A DNA stretch of 64,000 bases from Podarcis pityusensis (Eukaryota): NCBI GenBank assembly GCA_964106645.2, contig OZ067046.1. One strand, given 5' to 3'. The notes below the pieces were generated by a model. The model was given only the letters and a program-made list of their open reading frames with translations, was not told the origin of the DNA and did not search any database. This document shows, piece by piece, positions 1 to 12,760 of the stretch. Each line of letters starts with the position of its first letter. Positions within the stretch are counted from its first letter, which is position 1. Position numbers and translations under genes: made by a program.

Positions 1-314
1 CATGGAGTAGTTTCAGCAACTGTGTGTTAGGATTTCACCCCTCCCTATGCTGCAGATATAGGATTGTTGGATCACATGTCTGTATGTAATGCATTTCAGC
101 TGCTGATTGTTAGAGCTATATAAGCGGGAAGGGAGATACGCTGTTTGCTCCCTTCCTCCCACTGTTCTCCCACAGTGATGTTTTGTTTCAGCGTTCTCTC
201 CGAGGAAGAGAGAGAAAGAGGAGCCATGTTTACTTTGTACTGTTATGTTTGATTTCATTGCAATAAATAAGGATTAGATGTTACACCTCAAGGCTAACAC
301 TTCTATTTTGGACT

Positions 315-745
315 CTGCTAGTCGTGTGCTCATGACCCAGGAGGATTTGGGGCACAACAGCGTGACGGGAGACTGGAGTGAAGAATTCCGGGTGACGCTG
401 CATTGGAGAAAGGCACAAGGCCTCGGCGTTATCTCCCAACACTGGGGATCACTCCCCTGACAGGCTGTGCGCACATAGCCAGAAAAAACGCCTGTGTGGA
501 AGCTGCTTCTATTCTTCCTGCCTTACTTCTCTCTTGGTTCTGGGAGATAGTGGTGCAGGGAAAGTTAGAGAAGCACCTGGCCCTTCACTTGCCTGGCCTG
601 CCTCTTCTGCATCTTCCTCCAGCTCTGAAGCTTCCCCTCCCTCTGATTTTTGCCTCCTGGCCCCACAGACCACTGCCCCCCTCTCCTGAGTCAGATTCAA
701 GCCCCCCCGGGGACACACTTGTCAGCATCCTACCAGTCCCTGACA
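315..745 (-). mobile_element. LTR-like repeat fragment (left boundary uncertain)
   Basis: GC-rich island ending in ...CCCTGACA (TGTCA start on minus); shares GGTTCTGGGAGA and composition with 45449-45881; no TSD found. Confidence 0.4.
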
Positions 746-938
746 GAGGGTATTCCACCTCAAAATGTTCTCACCTCAAAAATTTGTCCCCAAATTATAC
801 CCACCAATGGCCCTTTCCTTTTATCTGAACTGTTATCTGAAAACAAAGGAGAGCATGCACATTTCAAGCACTGCAAGTTTATAGCATATCCTCCGCAGTA
901 CCATCTTAAATTAAAAATGCACTAGAGGTATTACTCAC

Positions 939-1174
939 TCTGAGCTTTCGGCCAAACACATTGACTTTGCCTTGGGCTTGTTCTTTTCGGAACCTCCACT
1001 CCACCAAATTCTGTCCATTTTCTCCAGGGAGAGTCATATTTCTTTTTGCTACAGTTGGATTGGCTGTGCCAGCTAAAACGTGTGGTTCTGTCTGGTAGTG
1101 TGTATCCAGGCCACTGGCATAGATAATTCTGAGAGACCCATCATAGCCAATCTGGTAGCTGTTTCTTAACTGAT
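939..1174 (-). CDS. TENM3: TENM3 exon, YD repeats ([13 protein letters not shown]...FGRKLR), 236 nt
   Basis: ttcag|AT CAG; CTC AGA|gtgagt; phase 1-0; the gene continues beyond base 1. Confidence 0.96.
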
Positions 1175-1855
1175 CTGAAATGGAACAAAAGTATAGCATA
1201 TTTCCAGAGCTGTGACTTCTTATTTAAAGGGAGCCATAATGGAGAACAAACCACAGCTTCTTGTAGATTTTTCCACCCTGTTAAAATTTATTCTAATTCT
1301 TCAGTTTGTATACAACCTCTTAACTTCACTATTTGACAGATGTATCTATCTGCTTGATTCACATCACCATGGATATTGCAAAAAGCACAGTTGTGTTCCC
1401 CCGCATGTGTTTCTCTCATTCACGTCTGTAGAGGAATTTCTGCATGCATAGGAGCTTCATATAATTTGTTTACAAATTATATAAACAACCACAATTCAAT
1501 AGCAGAACTTCAGTTTCAACAACAGCTAATGAGCAGTAGCTTCAAATTAACCAGCGTTTAAAAACAATTTCCAACCCAACATAAAAATAGGTAACAGAAT
1601 AATTTTAATGCTTCATTTGCTGTTAGCTTCAGATACAAATAATAATATTTGGGCCAGTTATATAACAAAGGTTAATCACACATCCCAAATATAGCCAACC
1701 CATCTTTCAAACTGTATGCTTAAGAATGAGATGTAATATTTCACCTTGCAGATCTCCAGTGCTAATCCTTAACTATAATATCCTGACCATAACTGGCTTT
1801 GTTTCATTTTCCTCCTCTGAGAAAAAGGGGCTTTTGTTAAATCCTGTTACTGTAC

Positions 1856-2031
1856 CTTGTACCATTGTATAGAAAGAATCAATTGATGATAGGTTTGAAG
1901 TAATGCTGACATCTTCCTCTCTGCTAGAAGATTCAATGTCGACTGTAATGGCCTTTTCCATCTCCCCATGCAGGTTGGTGACCACTCCAGTTGGAAATGT
2001 GACATTGGTTAATCGCCCCTCACTGTCGTAG
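1856..2031 (-). CDS. TENM3: TENM3 exon, YD repeats ([15 protein letters not shown]...FYTMVQ), 176 nt
   Basis: tttag|C TAC GAC; CAA G|gtacag; phase 2-1. Confidence 0.96.
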
Positions 2032-4108
2032 CTAAAGCAGAAAAAGCAGAAAATGAAATGATAAGAAACAAGAACAAATTGTTTTTCTTCACATATTAAA
2101 ACTAACAGAAAATATCAGGTGGTAATATTGCTAAGGAATCCTTGGTTTTTGTGCCTGAGTTATGCACAATGAAGACTTCAAACAGGCTTTGAAGTTACTG
2201 AAAGCCTGTTTAACATACAGGAGCCTCAGTGGAAGAGAAAACAGATGGATCTCCAGTTCTGCATATTATTCTTTGAAGTGTGACCAAATCCTGCTGCACA
2301 TCTAATTTGCTGTTTCAAAGGGAACATGTTTGGTGGGGATAAATTGCTTCACATTCCGAACTCGCTTCCCATAATCAGGCTAGATTTAGTTCACTCTTAT
2401 GCGAATGTTATCTCAGGGGCTCTTGAGATTTTTTAGCACGGGCCTTATCGTCCTGTGAAGAGAGCAGACCTCCTCCACTTATGCTCTTCACTGCATCACA
2501 TTCTCTGTATTACAAGGATAAGCTGTATTGGGAAACAATTATTCTCTGCTGCTACCCTGACATGCTTGGAGCAGAAAATCAAATGGAGCAAGCTGAAAAC
2601 TACCCTTCTCCCTGATATTTTCCCCTTCCACTCCCCTTTTTTGCCCCCCACCCTCTGTAATAGACACTCAGCATTCTATGGTCACTGAACATGCTCAGTA
2701 ATTATTTCACTGTTCTTAGCTTCCTCACTGGCACACCCCTTTTTCTTTTACTTTCACCAACTCCCAAAGCTTTATCATACCTTCCTCTTGGACATGAGCA
2801 GTACTATTTTGGCTGCCTGTACTTGTGAAATAGAAGGAGCAAGCGGTTACCTTGCAACAATATTTATTTATTTAAAAGATTCCTTAGTTGCTCTGCATTG
2901 CAAATGTATTTCCAGAACAGGGTGAAATTAAAACATTTCCAGGTGCATTATACAATTACAATCAGCCAGCTAAAATAGCCGTCAGTAATGGCACTGAACT
3001 CCACCAAAAGCCTGGACGAATAACCCCTTCTTCAGCTAGCATTAATGACTTTAAAGAGTTGGCACCAGCCACATCTCAGTGAGGAGGGAGTTCTAAAGCT
3101 GGGGTGCCACAATGCTTTGGGGTGGAGTGTTTCTGTTCAGGATTCCAGCAGCAGTCAGCTTTTCCTATCCAAATAGTAGGCTCAGTCTTCCTTGGGCTGT
3201 GGTGGGTGGAATGCCCAATCCAATCTACATGAAATTTTTGGATTTTTCCATTGGTTTCTAGGTGCAGCTCTCACTTCTGTTCCTGGTGAGCATGTAAACT
3301 TCTCAGTGTAAGCTACCAAAGAGCATATACAGACAATGCGATAGTTCACTTTTTATATCTTATCTAGATGCTCCATTCTATTCTTCCTTCACAACAGCCA
3401 GTCAGCATTCTGTAGGCTCTTAGCCATCACTGGGATGTGTGGGGAGAGGGTGTTCACCTAGCCCCCATATATTTTTCTGGTATTTTTGTAAACCTCAGGT
3501 TTTCCCTGAATACTCTTGAATGTGTGTTTTGGCGGTGTAACTACAAGCACTTGAATACCTGAGATCAGTATAAATATAGATAGAAATATAGAATGTTGTG
3601 GTGCCAGTCACATTTCTTCTGTTTGCAACTGCATAGATCTGTTCAATATATAGCTATACATAATCGTGTCAAACAATATTTCTAACTGGCCTTGGCTTAG
3701 ATGATGGAGACCAAATTCACTTCAGAACCAGGGCTTCTGTCCCTTTAAGGGCCCTGAAGGTGGGCAACTTTCAGTGGTTGTGGGATTCAAATCATTGTAA
3801 ATTTCTGTGTTGGGAAAAAGCAGCAGCTGTGTAATGTCTGCTTGCAGAGCTTTATCAAATAATGAACCCCTGGTCTTAAACACAGAATATTAACAACATT
3901 GTTAACACAATAATGGGGCTCTTATATATGTAATTAGATTTAAATATAAAATAAAGAATTTCAAAAAGGTGGGCAGACTTGAGACATGGCTGTATTCTCT
4001 TCTGTAGCGTAATGGACACTTAAGTACCATGTTCCCTTACTCTAAGCATCTTCTTCCCTACATTTGCAGTTGGTTGCAGGACCTACAGCGGATACACATT
4101 TTAAAGTA

Positions 4109-4334
4109 CAGTGGTACCTCAGGTTAAGTACTTAATTCATTCTGGAGATCCGTTCTTAACCTGAAACTGTTCTTAACCTGAAGCACCACTTTAGCTAATG
4201 GGGCTTCCTGCTGCCGCCGTGCCGCCGGAGCACAATTTCTGTTCTCATCCTGAAGCAAAGTTCTTAACCTGAAGCACTATTTCTGGGTTAGCGGAGTCTG
4301 TAACCTGAAGCGTATGTAACCCGAGGTACCACTG
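4109..4334. mobile_element. Tc1/mariner (Tigger-like) MITE, 226 bp
   Basis: TIR CAGTGGTACCTC(A/G)GGTTA, TA duplication; sister copy at 12535-12760. Confidence 0.9.
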
Positions 4335-7300
4335 TACTTTAAAGCTCCCATAGTGATCATGTGAGCATCACTTGGAGCGTTCAGTGTGCTCATTCCAGTG
4401 CACATCTCACCTGCAAGTCTCGCAGGGTCTATGCTCATCTCCTGTACGATTCAAAATTCAACTTACAAGGTTAGACTGGTAGCTCATCTGCAGATGATTG
4501 GGGTTTGCTGCATAAAACCCAGTACAGCTTTTACATTCCCATTTTTTCTCATGGCCACTTCCTATATTTCTAGTTTAGCCTTAAATTCTACAACTAGTCT
4601 CAGGTTCTTGCCAGCATTGGGACATTCACTGCACACCCACAGACACATTGCATTCCGTTCTACAGCTCTCACACCAGTTTCCAACCCTTGAGATGATAAA
4701 TATTATCCTGCCTTGTAACAAACAGTTAACCAAATGAGAGGATCCTCGTATTTCTTTTTCAGAACGAGACGGCTTTTCTTTAGAACCCAATATGGGCAGC
4801 AGTAATCCACAGAAACTAGGTAAGATTTTCTCAACAAGTCAAAGAGAGTGAAAAATGGTGATGCCACTTCATTCATATTTAAAACGTCAAATCTCAGAAC
4901 AGACTCTGTTGTGAAGTTGCTCTTGTAGAAACTAACAATTTCTATTTTTCTTGAGCCAATGGCAGGGTGTCATGTGACAATTCCTTTGTAACGTCCAGGG
5001 ATACATTTCAGTGTTAAAAGCACCGACTCCCAACTTTTCAAGTTCTTACTAAGTCATTCTGAAGCTAGTACTGACCACTGTCAGTTCTGTTTTGTTGACC
5101 TGTTTAATTTCTTGTTCTTTTTCACTGTGATTCAAATATGAATCTTTCCCATGACAAACAATTTCCACAAGCAGCACATCTAAGGCTGATCTAAAAGCTT
5201 TACACAGCCATTAATCACATATCCCATTTCATAAGAGGCTTTCAATTTTTAATTGTGTCACACAAGACTTAAAATATATTGCAGTTGTACCTTATTAAAC
5301 TTGTAGTCATTTTTATGCCTTTACTTAAGCTCTATTTTTTTCCTGTGAGAGCTTAAGTAAAGCAACCATTCACAGATTGATTTCTTGCTCTTCTTAAAAC
5401 CATTTCTGATTGCTAACTACAAGACTTTTGTACAAGGGCAACCTGTCAGTGGTAATGATGATCACCATCTCAGACATTTGATCTTTTACTCCCTTACTAC
5501 TGGAATTCTCCCTTCTGAGGTCCATCCTCCTTACTTTTAAAATTACATTGCCACCCAGTTTGTTAGTTTTTCTAATCTATACTCCTGCCTTTCACATTGT
5601 ACTGTAATAATTTTCAGAACACCCTGAAACCACAGGAGAAATATGTCTCAGATTTAATTTGACAACTATGAAATATGTCTGATTTCACATCAAATGCTTT
5701 TTACTCTCTGCCCCTGCTTATTTATGTGAGAAGATAAATAGCTCTTCTGTTAAACAAGAGGCAGGCTTCTATGTCACACACCACCAGAAATATTCCCAGG
5801 TACTGCTCCTTAGAGGCAAAACAGCAAGAAGCCCTGGGAGAGCAAAGCTACTTATTTCAACAACATCCCTCCCTCAAAGCGCTGTGATTGGAGAGCCCTG
5901 GTAAAACCAGTTGCTCTGATTACAAGCTAAATTTGTCCATCACAAAGGAAATCTCTCCTCACCCTGGCATTTTCCTTGTTTGGAAAGCTTAGAGACACAG
6001 TTTTGCTTTTAGCAGACACAATGACTATATTCACACATCCTTTTATTTTAGAAACAATGAATATATCTCACTTCTTCCAAACTAACCTGAAGACAGAGCT
6101 ACCACAGCAATGGAAATTATAAAGGGGAAGAAATGGCAGCATAAGAGACAGTGAGGCCAAACATCATTTTACCGTGGGATTTTCAAGTTTGTTCTTATGA
6201 ACACAGCTGCCAAAACACAATTAAGAGTCCAATTTTCCTTGAATGATTCATGCAAGCCACTGCATTCTGCAATGTGATAAAACCTTTGCAAAGAACAGAA
6301 AGAATGTTAACCTGCCAGAGTAAAATGATAATGCTTCACAAAAAATAACTGATCTACTTATTCTTTATTGAAAAAATGTCTGCCCCCCCCGCCTCCCATT
6401 CATTATGATCCTATGTAGCCTTGAAGAAATTCATTCATCAAATGAACTGATGCCTTCCCTTTCGTTGGGTTATTTCATCTGCCTAAATATGTTTGCATTG
6501 GTAGCCAGATGGCAGCATGGGGTAGAGGCACTGATCTGCCCTCTTGGCAATTTAGCCACTGCAGCTTATGGTCAGTGGATGGGAGCATGGCAGCGGGGAG
6601 GGCGGCTCATTGTAGCAGCAGGACCACTGAATTGGCTCAGCTGCTACGTTTGCACCATTTTGATCCCCCTTCCCCTTCCCAGCAAGCAGCAGTGATTCAC
6701 CTGTTGGAACATTAGTTAATCACTTCTGCCCCACAATGCCATCCACTACTTAGTTTGGTAAATTATGAGCCTGTTTCTGTGTAACTGTAAAAGTCTATCA
6801 TATTGCTTCAAGTTGCTGATGTTTCACAGTTGAACATGATTTTTTCACATCTCCTTCTTTGGTTTTGTAATGTATTGGACAGTTTGATTTGTGAACCACT
6901 CTGGGATTTTCTACATTAGGAGCGGTATACAAATGGACCTTATAAATAAATAAAAACAAAGAGATGGGGGGGGAAGCTTGTGTGAAGGCTTATTTGCATA
7001 ATCGTTTATCTCAACATGACAGCCTCTTCCCTCCCTTCCACTTTTAATTTGCTTGTATGGTCAACACACACAAAAACAATGTGACATGACACAATCAATC
7101 AGAGCTGCTAAACGACATATATTACCTTGCCACGCCAGCATACTAAAAATGTGCATTTGCAATCAAGTGGATAATAATAGCAATTTGTTATTAAATAATT
7201 ATCCCATAATGACCATCTTACTGTAAAATAATGTAATAAGAAAGCACTAGGAGGGAAGGTTGCCACCTCCTATCCAAGACTGAGTGCCTGAAGAGACACC

Positions 7301-9506
7301 ACCCAGAGAGTGAGTTTTCTCTGCCACTTCTGACAACCTGCCCTCCACTTCCTTTGCCTGCAGTCACGAAGAGAGCCAGTTTTGCCCCACAGCAGGTGTA
7401 TGAAGCAGACAGAGCAGCATCAAGTGATGCTATTCCTATAGTCATTGCCCTGGAGCTGTAAAATCAAAACTGTTGCCTTCAAGTTAGGATCCAGCAATGC
7501 CATTGGTTGTGATTTTATTGAGGATTACCAATAAAATGCAAATCTCTCATACCCTATTCCTATGACTAATCAAGAATCCTAAGTACAAATACTGTCTCAC
7601 AAAGGGTCCTCCTACATTTTCCCCAGCATTCCTGAATTGTGAGGTTCAAATGAAATGTTCAAAATGTGCCCTGGAAAGAAAGAAAAAAAATCCACAATAT
7701 TTCAGACTGGAGGCAAAAAGTGCATTTCAAAGCCCTGAAGCCTTTTCAGATGAATTCCCTCTGGCACATTCCTCTGATATATTGAAAGGGACGATTCTGT
7801 TGATCATACCCTTGGCAGTGTTACTATTCTGGCATTATGACACCCTGGAGATTTCTGCATGCCAGAAAAATACCCAAGTCCTCTGCATTTATAACGGAGG
7901 CTTTATAATTGTGCTCAGATCCTTTCAAGAGCAGCCAAGTGCTAAAAGTTTGTGGATGAAAGTTACAGTGATTTTTTAAAAACCAACTATTAAGGTTTCA
8001 GGATGTCCCACAGTTCAAGGGAGGGTATTGTATTTCATAGCGGAACTCCACAGAGCAGTTACAACAGTGTCAGTGTCTAGTCTTTGAAAGCTTTATCTGA
8101 AAATTTAATAAGTAATTGTGTGTTTTAACTTATCACCAACTCTTTGGATCTAACTTATAGTGAGTCTTTTGGGCGAACCTCAACTGACTGCCAAGAAATT
8201 CCTTATCTGAGAAAAGGAAATACCTAGAGAACTCAGACATCACAAAAAAGGGCTAACCCTACCAGTTTGGATGTTACCTTTTTTGTGTGGGGGAGACTCA
8301 ACTTGGTTAGAGTTGCAGTCACACATTACTCTCCCATGCACTCACTGTGGGAAGAAAGTTATGTGGCTGTAGTGTAGTTTCTTATGGCATCTTCCTGATG
8401 CTGCAACTGTAAATCACAATCTTTTGCAAGTAGAGATCAAAGAGATTGAGTAGGATACCACATTCAAATGAAGAAGCCCCAGTCTCCCTGATAGGGCTGG
8501 CATCAGGGGTGAGCATTGCTGGACCCCTGCCGAGGCCCCCACCACTGGACACGCCTGCTCCTCAGCCTCTTTGGTCACCTTCCCATCCCATTTGTGTTGT
8601 GTGTTTCAGTTGGTAAGCTCACCCTGCTTTGATTGTGTGTGCATAAGCTGCTTTGGCTGAAGAGGGGGTCAAAACACTGGTTAAATAACTGGTTATGGGC
8701 AAGTTGTGTAAAAAAGTGTAAGGCAAGATGTATTTCTAAACTTTTTCTACACTGAGTGTGGTGTTTCAATGCAACACTACCTCCAATGCACCAGAGTCCC
8801 CTATAACTGTTGTATAGCTTATATTCCTTTGTAGAATTATGACCGAACCATCACAGATTTAATTGCATCTACTCTACCAAACATAATTTTTCACGTATCA
8901 CATTTTTTGCCTATGTAAAGTTCCTTTTGTGCGTGTGTGTTAGAGAAAAAAAGCTGCACAGGTGAGGTGTAATAATGCAAAAGCTTAATTTGCTGTGAGT
9001 CAGAAGCAGAAACATCTGCAGCATGAAGTAACCAAAGCTGAGCTTGGTGGCCTTTGCAGCAAAATGAGCACAACTTTCTCAGTTGTCTTTTTCTCATGCT
9101 CTTTCAAAGTTTTCGGTTATATAATGCTGCAGAATAGAGCTGATTGAACTAACCTGATTCATGTATTTGTTCAAGGCTAACTAGCTATCCAGCTAGGTGA
9201 AATGAAGGGAAGCTGTCTGTGGTGAGCCATAGCTGGAAAAAAGCACCTGATCACAGCCAGAGATAAAAAGCCTGGAGAATATTTGGAACTGAAGGGTGTG
9301 GGGAAGAGAAGTACAGCACAGTGAGAGGCTGAAAGGCAGAGTAAGGAGAAAGGTAAGGGGGGGGGGGACAGAAGCTGCAATTGGTTGATTGCATCTGACA
9401 TATGAAGGAGGTTTTGCCACAATCAACCTTGGTACTGTTTGAAAAACAGCTGCAATCCGAAACGTATTTACCAGGAAGTAAGCCCCACTGGCCACAATAG
9501 GACTTA

Positions 9507-9867
9507 AAGTAAAAGGTAAAGGTACCCCTGCCCGTACGGGCCAGTCTTGCCAAACTCTAGGGTTGTGCGCTCATCTCACTCTATAGGCCGGGAGCCAGCG
9601 CTGTCCGCAGACACTTCCGGGTCACGTGGCCAGCGTGACAAGCTGCATCTGGCGAGCCAGCGCAGCACACGGAACGCCGTTTACCTTCCCGCTGGTAAGC
9701 GGTCCCTATTTATCTACTTGCACCCAGAGGTGCTTTCGAACTGCTAGGTTGGCAGGCGCTGGGACCGAACAACGGGAGCGCACCCCGCCGCGGGGATTCG
9801 AACTGCCTACCATGCGATCGGCAAGTCCTAGGCACTGAGGTTTTACCCACAGCGCCACCCGCGTCCC
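9507..9867 (-). mobile_element. Sauria SINE, full length
   Basis: On minus: GGGACGCGGGTGGCGCTGTGGG head, B box GTTCGAATCC, (ACCTTT)n tail; 9 bp TSD TAGGACTTA at 9498-9506 and 9868-9876. Confidence 0.92.
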
Positions 9868-10360
9868 TAGGACTTACTTCTCAGCAAACATGCAAAGGGT
9901 TGTCAGTAAGTGGCTACAAAAATCCTATGCTGACTACGCTGCTTACATTACTCTTTAAAGCTGAAATGTTTATAAATTCATGGAAGTGTTTCAGATGGTA
10001 GAATTATCATTTCTTTGTTGGCAGTCTCCTAAGACTCTTACAGTGGACTAAATATTTAAACTGAATTTTCATGTGGAGTCAAACATTTAGTTTGTATTTT
10101 ATTTTCATTCTGGGTCACAGGTACAGGCATTTTGGCATAATTTTGATTATATGCAGCTGCTGGGAGAAATCAGCCAAAAAGTACAGCTTTAACGACATCA
10201 GCAATACCAAACAGTGCACTTCATTTCCCCCCCTGAAAGAAGTGTTTGTTTTGCATGTTTTTTAGCTCAAGGAGAGCATGATTCTGTCACCGTGTGTGTT
10301 CAGGTGCAAAAGATTCAATTTGCATGAAAAGGTGAGCTATTAAGGATCTTGCAGCACAGG

Positions 10361-10514
10361 GCAGGCTGAGATAGCTCAGTTGGTAAAGCATTAGGCTCTT
10401 AACCTCAGGATTGTAGGTTTGAGCCCCACATTGCTCAAAAGCTTTCTGCATTGCAGGAGGTTGGACTAGATGATCCTCACAGTCTCTTCCAACTCAACAA
10501 ATTCTATTATTCTA
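10361..10514 (+). mobile_element. tRNA-derived SINE with CR1-like 3' tail, degenerate
   Basis: A box TAGCTCAGTTGG, B-like GGTTTGAGCCC, tail GGTTGGACTAGATGATCCT...CTTCCAACTC...ATTCTATTATTCT. Confidence 0.75.
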
Positions 10515-10517
10515 AGT

Positions 10518-10764
10518 CAGGGGTAGGCAACCTAAGGCCCGGGGGCCAGATGCAGCCCAATCGCCTCCTCAGTCCAGCCCACGGATGGTCCGGGAATCAG
10601 CGTGTTTTTACATGAATAGAATGTGTCCTTTTATTTAAAATGCATCTCTGGGTTATTTGTGGGGCATAGGAATTAGTTGATCCCCCCCCCAATATAGTCT
10701 GGCCCACCACATGGTCTGAGGGACAGTGGATCGGCCCACAGCTAAAAAAGTTTGCTGACCCCTG
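10518..10764. mobile_element. hAT MITE
   Basis: Ends CAGGGGTAGGCAACCT / AGTTTGCTGACCCCTG; perfect 8 bp TSD TTCTAAGT. Confidence 0.9.
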
Positions 10765-12534
10765 TTCTAAGTTGTAGGTTTCTTGCCAAGAAACCTCTAC
10801 TGGCATAAAGCAAGGTGTGGCCTCCAACCTGCTATTCAGCTCATATGGGATCACATTAGAATGTAAATGACCAACCTTCCTCTGGTTTTAACTTAAATCA
10901 AAACCACACTGTACCACCTATTAATTAGATATGAGAAACCAGAGGTTTCAGGAGGTTCATCCAACAAGTACTGCAAATCTCACCACCACCTAGGTGGAAT
11001 CTACACACATATAAAAAAATGCATCTAGTGTCATGTTTGTATACTGCACTTTACAACACATTTAAAATGTTTTATTTGCAGCTGTATAGCTGAGTTCCTA
11101 GACACCCATTTGTTAAACAACAGAGTCTTTTGGGCAGACATCTGGAAATCGCCCTTTCAGAACCATCTTTTTGTGCAATTAGATTTCCCCACCTAATTCC
11201 ATCCCCTGCGTTCTCCCACAAGCCCCACAGTACCTTTTACCCAGCAGTCCCTCCTTCCGTTCGTCTAAGTTAGTAAGCTCCTGGGTAGTATCTGCCTTAT
11301 AATCAACCACTTCTCCAGTGTTCAGACAGAACATAAGCAATGATCAGTACTAATTATCTGTCTTTAAATCCTCCTCCGCTGCCTTTTCAGAGTTACCATG
11401 AATTTTTGCTTTCCCTCCTCTCCAACTGTGTTAGAGACTCATCTCCTCTTTCTCTCTTCCTGGGAACACTTCAGTAGTTATTTCCATGAGCATAGCCAGG
11501 ATTTTTGTTAGGGCCAAAGTTGTTGAACTTTTTTGCCCCCCCCCCCCCGGCTATTCTCATGGTTATTCCCAGCATTCTTAATAAACTACGGTTCCCAGGA
11601 TTCTTTGACAGGTAAATGAATGGTGTGTACACAGCTTTCCTGATCAATGTGGAGGAAGGTGGAATCTCCCAAAACTGGGCTTGAATAACTTAATATGGAA
11701 CTTCAAGGAAGGAATATTCCCCCTGCCTTCCCCCAGCAACCCAACTCATCTCTCATTGCTCCAAAGAAGCTTTTCAGGAGCTGCAGCAGGCCAAACGTAT
11801 CCCTCCATGAAACTACCTTAACATATCATAGGATCCAAGCCAGCATATACAAAATGCCCAGAGCTATGATTGATCCATGAGTTACTGACAGCATGTGCAA
11901 ACAATGTGCACTCAGTTTGTGTCTTTTTTAATTATTTTCTTTATTTATTAAATTTACATTCTGCTTTTCCTCCCAAAGAAGTCCAGGGTGGCAAATGAGC
12001 GATAAAGCAATAAAACAGGTCTGCCTGCTACAAAACCTGATAGCTGAAAGCCTCTTAGCAGAGCCACACCATACATTTAAAGTAGATCCAATGCACATTT
12101 AAAGCAAAAGAATCTTGGGAACTATAACTTGCCCCTCAGAGTTACCACAATTCCCAGAATTCTTTGGGAGAAGTCATGTACTTTAAACATGTGTGCACGT
12201 TGTCTCCTGACAACGTGGCAGACGGATGCCAACCAATGTCTAAATACCAATTGCTATGAAGCACAGAGCGGGAGATAGCAACTGCCTTCATGTCCAGGTT
12301 GTGGGCTTCCTAGGAGGCATTGGGCTGGCCACTGTTGGCAGCAGAACGCTGGGGCTGCTCAAACTTGGAAGGTTTTCACAGAATCTGCATGCCCACACAT
12401 CCACAGGTGAGCATCTCACCCCATCTCCAATTTAATTTGGATTTACCATTTCCATGGAAAATCCATTTCTTAAAAAATAAAAAACCCTGTTTCTAGCAAC
12501 ACATTTGTGATGTCTGAATGACCCATTTGCAGTA

Positions 12535-12760
12535 CAGTGGTGCCTCGGCTTACTTATGCTTCAGGTTACAGACTCCGCTAACCCAGAAATAGAACCTCGG
12601 GTTAAGAACTTTGCTTCAGGATGAGAACAGAAATCGTGTTCTGGCGGCACGGCAGCAGCAGGAGGCCCCATTAGCTAAAGTGGTGCTTCAGGTTAAGAAC
12701 AGTTTCAGGTTAAGAACGGACCTCCGGAACGAATTAAGTATTTAACCCGAGGTACCACTG
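12535..12760. mobile_element. Tc1/mariner MITE, 226 bp, opposite orientation to 4109-4334
   Basis: Same TIRs, TA TSD, reverse-complement similarity along its length. Confidence 0.9.

Noticed and set aside
10366-10432. Possible tRNA gene
   Set aside because: Degenerate B box and acceptor stem, followed by a LINE-like tail; it is a SINE head
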